This document shows positions 25,963-37,900 of a stretch of 64,000 nt of DNA, in pieces. Each line of letters starts with the position of its first letter. The first letter of the stretch is position 1. This stretch comes from Candidatus Omnitrophota bacterium (GTDB taxonomy: Bacteria > Omnitrophota > Omnitrophia > Omnitrophales > Aquincolibacteriaceae): NCBI GenBank assembly GCA_043732705.1, contig JAYTHE010000029.1, positions 3,251 to 67,250 of the forward strand, in the 5' to 3' direction. A model generated the notes under the pieces. That model was given only the letters and a program-made list of their open reading frames with translations. It did no database searches and had not been told where the DNA came from. Position numbers and translations under genes: made by a program.

Positions 25963-28900
25963 TTAAGCTGAAATATCGATCAATTCGCCTGCTTTGAGCA
26001 AGGCTTGCACGACAACCATCACCGACCAACCACCGTTCGGACGGCGCTGAAGGCCTTGAATACGCTGGTTGAGATAATTTTGTGCGGCAACAATATCGCC
26101 TAGTGCGGCGGCTTGGCGCAAATCACGTATCATCGCCACCAAAACTTCATAGTCTTCTGCTGAAACCGCATTTAAAAGTTCCAAAACAATTTTGCCGCGA
26201 ATATTTTTTAAGATTGAATTCGAAGTTAAGAGCACAGCTACACCAGGTTTTGCAGCCCATGTCGCAACCTCGGTTTGATTCCCAACAATCACAAGCGCAC
26301 TCATCCAATTCTTCGCTTTGTTCTTCTGTTCAACGGATAACCCTGATTTCAAATTGGTCAATTTATTCCGAATGCGATCGCGCAAGCCGCCCTTCATGTC
26401 TAATAAAATCAAAAGCCCCGCTGTATCTTTCAAAACGGCATAGAGACCCTTGGCATCATTTGCTTCGAGCAATAAATCCACATACGCGGAATCCAGAATA
26501 AGCTGCGTATTATTTTGGACAAATTTTGATTGAGGCGCCGCCAATGTTTTGCTTGGTGCTTGCTGCGCAAGCACTCCAACTATCGGCTGAGGAATTTCAT
26601 CGGCAAAAGCTTTCGCACCTGTCCATGTCATAATCAAAGCAATTGCATCGCTTGTAGCAAGCTCCATCAAAAACTGCCGCGGCACAATACCGCGCATAAT
26701 CCAAACCAATGTTGGTAAAATCGCCACACGCGTCTGCAGAGGCTGTCTTGTAATTTGAGCTTCACCAAAAACCGGCCTTTGCTCTGACCGCCGAATAACC
26801 CGCGGCGCATAAATCAAACGCGCCTGATTCCCCAGTGATGGGCTCGGTGTCAGGTCTTTTGGAAGACTTCGCACTTCGGAGCGAGCTAAATAATAGTAAG
26901 CCACGGTTTCTAACCCTTTATTGCCAATTTGTTTTGCGAAAATTTTCCCTGAACGGCTCAACTCAGCAAAAAGAACTCTTGCTTCCGCAACTTTGCTATC
27001 GTTTTCAATGCCATATCTCCCCCCATCGATAGCTTTGGAAAGCAGCTGCACAGCCTGCTTCGCTTTAACAATGTTGGCGGGAGTTTGGTCTTTTAAGAAA
27101 ATGAGCGTCACAGCTGCTATAAAAACCAACACGCTTCCAAGCAACCCGGTAAGCGAGCTTGCTGAAGCCGAAATATTTGTCATGGCCGTCGCGAGGCTTA
27201 TCAACCATGCCCCCAAAGTCATGGTCACGCCCGCCGCCAAAACCGTAACAATCCATAATTTCAATGATTTTTGTTTTACCGCATCAGATTGCTGCCACGC
27301 CACAGCCTTACCTCCTAGCTGTCTTGAAAGATTGACAAACTGCTGCCAATTATTATCAACCCGCGCTTCGGAGCGAGCCAATCTCATCCAAATATAAGCT
27401 CCAGTCATTATTTCCGGTAAAGAGGCATCCGTAAACTCGTTTTGAAATTTTTGTTTGAGCAATTCCAAAAGTTTTCGTGTGTTTTCTAAATTAGCCTCAG
27501 TTTCGCCGTCATGATAATAAATTTTAAGTTCGATATTTTTTTCTTCTCCTGCCATTTCAACTTCAAGTTTTTTGAAATTTGGATTTCCACGAAAATAATT
27601 CTCAGCCGCTTGCCTTATAGCCTCTCGAAAAAGAAGGTCTTCCACACCACTATAAATGGCGGTATCGCTGTCAGGATTTGAGGCGGTTGACTCAGCGTCA
27701 TTTTTTCCAATTACAAACCACGCTTTTGCTTTGGACTCCACGGTGGACGATGAGCTTGAACCTTCAGGAAAAAATAGTTCCTGAAGCTCCGGAGAAGGCG
27801 CCTTGGGATCTAACAAAATTGTGGGTACCGCAATTTGTCCGAAAGCATGCGCCCCTTGGAGTGACTTTCGGAAATCTGCTAGCGAACCAGGAACTGTTTC
27901 ATCGGCATCGACATCGACCACTTTTTTACGGGCGAGAAGAACCGCTTTCCAATAGTCCGCGCTTTCTGAAAACTCCTCCGGCTGATAAAAAAGAACCCCC
28001 ACAATCTCGACTGCATCCGGAAAAACTGCGCCATCCACATTGGCAAGTATCTGTCTAATCGCCGCAGTTTTTTTCCTTTCAAACGGATTAGTAACAGGCG
28101 CATATCGAGTCAGTTGATTTTTGCCAACATTACCATTGCCCGGCTGGCGACCGGTAGACGACCCACGCACAGTTTGATTCTCGCCTCGCACAAGCCAAGC
28201 AGACGGAATCAGCCGAACAATCAACGTGGCTGCCAAAACACTGAGCAATAAATATAAAAATGGATTTGCATGTATCAAATTCCATAAGACTCCAAAATGA
28301 ATGCAAAAAAATGCGACAGGAATAATGGCTGCCGTGATCAATCCCCTTTTATAAATGACTCGGATTGCGTGGTTCTGCTGCGAAGGAGAAGCTAATTTAA
28401 ATAAATCCGGAAAAATAATTATCAGAAAGTCCCTCAGAAGAAAATAGAATGCCGCGGCAGTCCCAAATGCTATGCCCATATTAGAAAAGTATGAGTGCTG
28501 CGAGCCAACCATGCCGTTTCTTGATAAAATCGCACCCACAGCACTGCTCAAATCCATTGCCAGAATTAAAGTCACCACCCTCATGGTCCATGGCGCATGA
28601 CCTTGTCTGTGTTCGGAACGCTTAGGCGGAATGACGTGTCCGGACGAAGGCTGACCGTTACCAAAATGGGTTGGGAGAGGAGCGTTTTTTACCTGCGGAA
28701 TTGAAAACGGACTACGCATTTTGTTGCCATATCCATATGTCGTAAAAGTCATCGGCCTAGGTCCTGCGTGCTCCATACTACGACGCACCGCTTCTGTGAA
28801 TTGCGCGCAACTACCCAAGATTCCAGCGATTGAAACTGACAGCAACATCCTCACGAGTGAAGAAATTCCCAGCCGTTTATTGAACCGCATTTCGGAGCGC

Positions 28901-31900
28901 AATAGCTTTGGAACGAGCTCGCGCAACACAAACAATCGAAAAAGTGCCGGAGAGTTTTTACCTTCCCCGCGCATCACTTCTAAATCTGCGCTCGCATCAT
29001 CCGGCACAGAATAGCGCTGAACAAATTTTTTGAAAGCCGCACGGTCTTCATCTGAAATCTCGTGAGGGATAATTTTGCGGCCGTCTTTCTTTGATGGATC
29101 TGGTGCATTGACCAAAATAAATTCCAGAATTTTATCTTTTTCTTGAAAGGCGCGTATCCAAAGAACCCGGGGATCAAAAAACGACTTGATCATCTCAGCC
29201 TCAACGCGCGATGCATTTTGCAAACGCGCAACCGCTTGAGAAAAAATCGGGGCATGCGCGCCAAGATTGATAATATTCCACTCACTCCAAAAATGCGCGC
29301 GATACCTGTAAAACAGTTGACCACCCTCAACCACAATAATTTGATGATTTACTCCTGCTTCTACAGTCTGTTTTCCGCGCGATTCAGAGCGGGCCTTCGC
29401 TTCATACAAAGAAAAATAAACTCTGCCGCTATCGCCCGGCTCGGTTTTTTGATCCCAGCTGATTGTGACCTGGGATGCTGCCCGGGTACGCGCGACACGC
29501 AGATTTTGCAAACTAAAATTCACGCTTCTTGCGCCGGATTCGATTTTGACCAGCTCCATAACGTCGGGATTTCCGCGAGCGGGACGAAAATCCAAAAACA
29601 TATCGGTGCCCGATAAAATATTTTCAACCGCTGCGGTGGCCTTTGCACGGGCCGTGGAAGAAGGCAGACTTCTGATTTGGCCTATAAGATGCGCCTTTAA
29701 GTTTGTTCTTACGTCGAGATGAGTAACCAGGTTCAACTTCCATTTTTTCTGCAATTTCTCTCTGGAAACTAAAAGCATCGTTGCGCCGTAACCTCTTACT
29801 TCAGAGCGAACGGGAATCGAGAATTTGATTTTACTGCCCGAAACTTCAACTTTAACAGGCTTGGTTTGGCGTTGAGCAATGCGGTCGGTTGGGCGCTGTC
29901 TTGGCGAGCCTTCCGGTGAAAGAACGTAGACCTCTTCATTCCGCAATTGTTCGTTCACGACCACACCCCAATTACCGGTGGGGGCATAGGTCTGCGTAAG
30001 AGCTTCGCGAAAAGCGCTTAATTCCCCGGTTTGATTTACGATAAAGATCAAGCGGCGGGTTTTCAAAAGGCCCTTCATCAAATTACGAACATACCCCAAA
30101 TCGTCAGGCAAAATTATCCAGGCCTGTAAAGCTTGAATCAACTCAGCCTGTTTCTTCAAAAGCGCAGGGTCGGCCTCATTGACATTTCGCGCACCACCAG
30201 CTAAAAGATCGATAAGGAAAATGCGCTCACCGCGATGTTTATAAGTACCTTGCCCAGCAGCCTCAACATGCTGAAAAAATTCGTCGGTCACTTCACTTAC
30301 GAGCTTATCGTCTAAATTGAATTCTATTTCGCGTGTTTCGGAGCGGGCTTTGATTTTTGAAGTTGCGGCTTCAAGCAAGCGTGCTTTACGCTGAGCAAGG
30401 TCTGCATCCGAAATCCGGGCTGTAGCTCCCCCATTCGCGCCCCACTGCGATTCATAATTCAAATCAATATTCCGGTGTGCGTTTAAAAAGCCGCCGCTGG
30501 GGCCAAAATATTTAACCCCCCTGAATTCAACGGGGCCTCCTTTTCCGGAAAAAACTTCTAATTGAATCAAGCTCTCATCTCCATTTGCGCCACCGTAAAA
30601 TTTCCATAGCTTGTATTTTGTGCCAGGCACATTTTCGACTTTGAATCTCGTTGCATTTTGAACGAGAGCCAGAACTTCTTCGTAGCTAATTGATTCTCGT
30701 GATTCAGAGCGACTTTTTGTCTTCTCGCCACGTTTTTTAAAAGTTGCCATGTTGTGATTACGGCGCGCTGCGTGAAGAAAGCGCCTATTTCTTTCATCCC
30801 GCCTTTCATCATGCGCCTCTTGCTGTTGAATCGCGTGACTCCTCGCCGCTGGATCCCAAGCTACGCGCATCGTAAGTGGATTCGGTTCGCCGTCCGCGCG
30901 CTGACGCGCCTCGGAACGGCGCGTAAACTCAATGGTCCATATAAATCTTCCATTATTTAAACGAGAGCCTTCACTCTTCAATTGATAATCATATTGAGGA
31001 TATTTCCATGTTAAAAGGCGTCCAAAATTTTCCGCTAAATCCTTTCCAAAATTTCCTTCCGGAACAGAAACCGTCATCTTAAAAGAAACAGGGTTAGCAC
31101 CTGAAAAAGAAATTACCGGGTTGTTGTCATGCATCGCCAGCCCGCGTTCTAAATAAATAAACTCTTTGGGTGCACTACCTTGTGTCCACAGAGGTGTGCC
31201 CTGCATTTGCCCAAGCCCTTTTGAAGTGAGCGGCTCACTTTGAATTGCGCTTAAATGTTCCTGAACGGCATTCATCGCTCGCACACCCAAGGTTTGCAGT
31301 TGAGCATCCGTGGCGCCGCTTGTTTCTTCAGCCTTAAAATCCAAACCAAAAGATGTCTTGGCCGTAATCAAAGCTTTGCTGCGGTTTTTTGCAACACTGA
31401 TTTCAAAAACCAGGCCAGGCAAGACTTTGACAACCAAAGTGGGTAGAGAATTTTTTATTTCTTTTGAACTCCATATAATGCGCCCATGGTTCGGAAGAAT
31501 TTTATCCATTTGTGTCAAAAGGCTTCGAAATGCCGGTCTAAAATTTTCTGCAACGTCCGCGACGGCTCCGCTGATCGCGCCATCTGAAAGGCGATGTTCG
31601 GAGCGGGCATCCGGAACTTCAATAATAATTTCAACGTGGTCTCCGGTTAAAGATTCAACACGAGCCGAAAATCCCGGCACAGTAAGCGGCGTCAGGTCGA
31701 GAGATGCACCATATACGGCCGATTGAATATCACTATTTTCACCGTTCAAACCATAGCTTACGGCTAAATGCTTTGTCGGTCCGTCATGATCATGCCCGTC
31801 AACATTATCAAAAATAACCACGCGGCCATTCAAAATTCCCAAACGGAATTCATGGTCAGAGAGAATCGTTGCCATGGGCGATGCTTCATCGCTTAACTGA

Positions 31901-34900
31901 TCCAGGTCGGCAAGCAACCCCGGCTCATTTCTCGTGCCGCGGACTGCATCAAAATTGTCATCGTTTGCATCAACTAAAAACATTTCAATGGGCGCGCCCT
32001 TTTTTAAAGCAATCGGTTTTGTCCGTTTTGCCGTTAATACTATTTCACGAACTTCAGAGCGAACAGCACGCGCGCTTTCGAAAGCAGCCTGAATTGCTTC
32101 TTGTGATTTCACACCGCGAATGGCCTCGCCGCTTAGAAGTAGTTGTATTTTTTGCTCAAGCGTTGCCCAATTAAAAATTTGGAGAAGCTTTAAAGTGTTC
32201 TTAATCCGGCCGACAAGGTTCGCTTTATTTCCTGATTCAATGTGTGCAATAAAAGCCGCCCATTGTGGGCTTATTTTTAGAAGCCCACGCTTTTCTAAAA
32301 TTTCCCGCATCAGCGCAATGCTTTTTTCTCCAACTCGATCGGTTGTCAAATCACCAGCTTTTAATTTTGTCAGCAGTTGCCCCATATCCGTGATTGGCGA
32401 TGCGCCATCCGACAATTGATTCTTAGCGAACCCGGCAAGCCTGCGGTCTATTCGAGCCATTTCAAAAAATAAATCATTCAGCTCATAGGCCAATCCCTCT
32501 TTGCGTCTTTTTTGAAAAACAAAAAATGCTTTAGCCCAATTCAACCCTGTTTTTCGAATGTGCTGTATGGTTTGACTGGAATTCTTCCCTAGCTTTCCGC
32601 GCAATTGACTCACGCTAAGGAATTCTTCACCGCTCAAAGGAAACTGTCCTTTTAATACCGCGATTTCATCTTTTGTCAGCGGTGATTCTGTTGAATTAAA
32701 AAGCTGTTCGCGGAATTCCTGGTTACTAAGAAATGCCGGTCTTCGCGGCGTTTGCCGGAATTCCGAGCGGACGGTACCCGCAACAGAAGGGGCCGATTCG
32801 GTGCGTAAAATAAGGTGCCCAGCTTTGAGGTCAATTAAACCTTGATAAGCGTTGCTGAGAAACAAGTCCTGCCTTGTGCCGTCGCTTCGAATCATCCAGG
32901 GTACTCCGCCATGGATTTCATCATAATTCAAAGGGCGAAGCGGGTTTAATCCACCATCGATCAGTTGAGCTCCGATAACTTGGCGATCTTTAACCCAAAA
33001 CACAATGTCTTGTCTATTCTGGCCGCGAAACGCAGCAAGATTCAGCCCTTCAAACATTGTTCCAAACTTAAAATTACTAACAGTAACAATTTGAATAACT
33101 TTTCCGTCTAAATGACTCGCACGCGTTTGATCCATGATAACTTTTTCTATCTTCGGATCCCAATACCACGAGCGAAATGCAGGCAACCAAATAGGCGAAA
33201 ACATTAACAGAGCAAATATGCTAGCAATGCTTGCGGGAATAAGAACAGCAATAACCCGTATGATTAAACTAAAAGATGTTCGACCCAAAAATCTCAACCT
33301 TTTCGAAAAATAAGAATAGTTAGCATCATTCTTTAATAGGGTCACAATATGGATTACGCTTTCCAAACTCTTTAAGGCTTCCGGCTGATCCTGCGCATCT
33401 GTCTTAAGAAAAAATTTAATCTGCCATTTGAGCACTGTTCCGCCAAGAGTCCACTCATCTACCAATTCATCAAATTTCGCCGGCATCGTACTTAAAAAAT
33501 TTCGCACATCCGCAAGCATTTCCGGTTGTTTCGAAGCATCAAAACCTTTGTTTTTCAGAAGGGACTGAAACCCAATTGCTTCGTTCTCAATACCATCAAG
33601 CACATTTAAAAATTTGGAAGTTCTCTTGCCCATTTGAAGAAAACGTGATTCTGAACGCGCTAAATTGCCAAACCAATTTTTTTCCTCGATTGCGGCGTCT
33701 TTCGCATCGGCGCTGCCATGAAAACCATTCGGGCCATAACCCACCTTACCGGAATAAGGAATGCCCTCTTTTTGTCCAAGCATACCGCGCAGTGTATCTT
33801 TGCCGGCTTTGGCGGGATTCGTATCGCCCAAGCGAATTCTAAAATCAGCGATGGCTTTTTGTTTTGTCCCGGCGGGAGCTAAAAGCGGCGCGATTTCTAA
33901 AACAATAATCGTTTTTTGTTCAGCCCAGGTTTGACGCATTTGGGGATAATGGCCGTTGATAACAACAACATCTTCTTCGCCGCCACCGCGTTTTTTAAGA
34001 TGCATTTTAGCGACATAAGCGCCTTCTCCGATTTTGTTGCGGCGATCAACAGTCCAAACCGGCTGGCCAGCATCGTCTTTTTTAGGAGGCGCAAGACTAT
34101 CCCATGCGCCCGCGAGTTCATCCGCCGTAACATTGTATTTTTCTAAAACTACGTCAGCGGGAAGGATAATAGCCGCGGCACCATAAATATGTTCACTCGT
34201 AGCTTTCAAGTTGGCATCTTGTGAACTAAAGCCTTTTGAAGCATATCCCGCCATTAAACCATAGTGCTGATCCACTTTTTTAGAACGCGCGGCAAATTCA
34301 CCCGACATCGCGACACCGCGCACAATATAAAAACCATCATCGTTTAAAATTTTCAGAGACTTTTCAAAAAATTCCGGGCTTTGCGGGCCGCCAAATTGTT
34401 TGAAAATGAAAACTGCTGCTTCATCCAATTTTAACCGGCTTCGCGGCACAGTCTCCCTGTCCACATAAATCGGAACTGGCCCTCCCTTCACGTCTAGAGC
34501 TGAAAGTTTTGCTAACTCTTCAGCGAGTTTCCGCAATTCGGAACGCACCGGCTTAAACACAAATTGCCAGCCTAGCGGAGCTTGTCCCGGGTGCCTGGAA
34601 TGAGCTGTCTCAACTTCGGTCCCTAAAAATTCCCGGACCAAGGCTTCTTGTTCATCCGAAAAAGTGATTCTTATTTTTGCTAAGTCCGGGTTATAAGAAA
34701 AAGCAACGAGCGGGTTTTGATCTGCGCGTTCATATCCGGGAATATTTCTGCTTCTCAAATGAAAAGCAAACGGCATGCTGGCATTCTCACGATTCCAGGA
34801 CATCCAAACCATTTCACCCTTGGCGTCTTTCATTTCAAGCGCCCAGCCATTGCCATCCGGATAAACGGAAAGCATCGCGTAAGTTTGTCCGAGCGAAAGT

Positions 34901-37900
34901 GTTCTCTGGGCGGATACTGCTCCTGATGTGTATTTCCAAGAATCTAAATTCCCGCGCTGCCCCTGAATCAATTTATATAAATCATCCATGGTCATGCGCA
35001 TTTCGGAGCGAGCGGAATAAAGCAATTTTGGATAATGGTCTTCGATTGTCTGCTTTAACTTTTCCTGAAAGATCTTGTCAGCGGGTTGCGATTCCAAAAT
35101 CAGCCAGCGCTCCTCGGTCTTCGAGTCAGCCGGACTTTCAATCACCACTGTTAAGCCGGCCCGGTAAGCGATAACTGAAAGAATATCAAAAATTTCCTTT
35201 GATCTCCCTGTTAACTCCACGTTGCGGGCCGCATCAATCGAGACTTCCGAAACATTCAAAGGAATTCGAATTTCATTGCCTTTAAAATCAATGACCAGCT
35301 GATTCATTCGCAATGTGGTAATAAAATTTTGAACGCTTGAATCCTGCTGATTAGAAGCGTTATTCCAAGGCCACCCTTGGCCATAGCCGAATCGCATTTC
35401 AGAGCGGGCGGCTGAGTCAAGCAAAACAGCAGGCTGGGGCGCTGGTTGCGTGTTATTTTTATTTTGGGACTGCTCCTCGCTCATCTGCCGCCTGAATTCC
35501 GCTTCCTCTTCTTTAGTAAGCCGCCTTACAGCTCCACTTGTATCCGGCATATTATCCGCCGCGGGGTTTGGATTTCTGAGTGGTTCCAAAAGTAAATATC
35601 CGGCATAAAGGACACCCACCGCCGCAAGACTAATCAACGCGGCCGGCACCTTGCGTATTTCAGACCGGGCAGTCGGTTCAAGAAATAAAAGCTGGGCATG
35701 CAGGCCCAAGTGATGCATATTCGCATCGTGAGCAAAGTGATCCGTAACTGGAATGCCCGCGCGAAAATCGTACACCAAGTCTTGCGCACTAGGAGCTTTG
35801 TCGTAAAAGTGAACTTTTTCTTCGCCCGGAATGGAATAGTCCCCCACCGAATAAAACACATCATCGCGTGCGGCCAATAACGAACTCATATTTTGAACAT
35901 TACGCGCCCACACTTTATTAGCCTGTTGATCCCAAGGTTCGATTCCCAAATAAAAGAAAGGTGTTAGAATGCGGCCGGTTTTAGGATGGCTGCGGGAAAA
36001 CATAACCGTGTCATAATGATCTGTGCGATGCAAACGCAACATTGAACCTTCTCCGAAAAGAAGTTGATTCACAGGATCTTTTAAATAATTTTCAAGCATT
36101 GAAAATTGCGGAAGATTCCAGCTTCTGAATGCTTCCAACGTTTCTGGCGCCAGAAAAACAGCTAAACCCGCCAAGCCAAAAACTTTTTCTTCGCCGTATT
36201 TTTTCGCGGCTTCTTCGCGCGACAATTGACTGATTTCAGCCACCCATGTCGCAAGTTTTTGCGGCAAAGGTTCCCCCTGCTGAATGGGCTTGCGAATTTC
36301 CTTCACCATTCCGACCAAGGGCTCGAGATTGTTCTGTCGATTGAGAATCGCGTTAAACTCGCGCATATATTGCGCGCCCGGATTAAGCGCATTCACAACA
36401 CGGCTTAATTTAACGGCGACTTCCAAATAGGAGCCAAAGTGTGCCGGTTTTTCATGAAATGCGTTGACCTGGTTCAGAAGAACTTCCAGATAAGAACCGG
36501 GCTTATCGTCTTTGGGAATTAAAATGTTACCGGAGCCCGCGACTTTCGGATTAAGAACAATTCCGATTTTCTGAATATTGCCTTCCGTCCAAGCAGGCCC
36601 CATGATGAGCGCGCCATTCACCGCGCCGTTCATTTCAGTAATTTCCGAAGCGCCGGTTTTATAATTAGAATCCGCCACAATAATATGTGAAATGCCTAAA
36701 CCGTCGACTTGTTCTTCCAGGCCGAATCCGGTCCGAACAACTACGCGTCCAAATTTTCTTCCTTGCTCTCTTTCTTCTTTTTCAGCGAGCGTATTGATTT
36801 CAGCCGCCGCTTTCTGCAATTCTTCAAAAACTTTATTCGGTATGGTTTGAACGTTGCCTTCATAAAGTACATTCGCGCCGCTTAAAATCAGTTGGCGAAT
36901 GTTATAAATCGTCCAGGCGCGCTCACGGCCCGATTTCTCATGCACAAACCGTCCTAGGTAAGAAATTACCGGTAAATCAGGATTGAGCTCAGCGTTCCAT
37001 ATCCCTTTATATTTAATATTTAATTCCCGGATACCTTCTTTTTTTGCCGCAATAATCTGCTCACCGGTGGGACGCCAGACATCCACTTCCCCCGGATGAG
37101 GATAAAGCTTCAAAAGCATTTTTCTAAAAAAAGCCGCCGATCGATCCAAGTCATCCCCGTTAGGAACGGAGACCATTCGCGCTTGCGGATCCCTGCGCGA
37201 AACTTCATGCACGTGCGGCGCGGCCACGCCATTTCTTCCGTGAGAAGCGCGCACGCCCTGCGAAGTAGGGTCCATTGAGCCATTGCTGTCGACCGATTCC
37301 ACCGGGCCCCGATTTAAAAAAGTATGCGTGGTAAACCAGACAATTGCTTTTCTTAAAATGTCGGTGGCTTTATCCATTTTTCTTTTTTCGGGAGGCAAAT
37401 AACCGGTCTGTCCGTCATTGCCCCAAATCACCGGCGACTTATAATCGTTTGCGTTTTCACCTTGTTTGGTTTTTTCTAAAATCCGGATCAATTCCAACGA
37501 CGCTTTGGAGAAAAATTCACTAAATTCTTTCCAGGTTGGCAAAGGAAAAGGCGGGTCTTGAATGTCAGGCGAATATTTGTAAAGTGCTGCGGTGTACTTA
37601 CCGCCGTCAAGCAGGTAAACGGGAATGCCGTCTTCGGTTCTCCCTTCTCTGACAATGACTTTCACTTTTGTTCCAAGCACAACCACTTCGAATTCATACA
37701 CCGCTTTTAAATTTTTAATCGGCGTTTCAAGTTTTTCATAATCGATGGGGGTCGTGGATTTGTCCGCGTGAATCTTATGATGATAAAAGCCTTCGATTGT
37801 TACGATTTTTCCACGTTTTGCCAAAAGCTTGTGAATAGCGCGTGTGTGGTATTGCCCGACACGGCCTAAGCCGCCCGCCAGCAGCCATGTCTCGGGCGAA

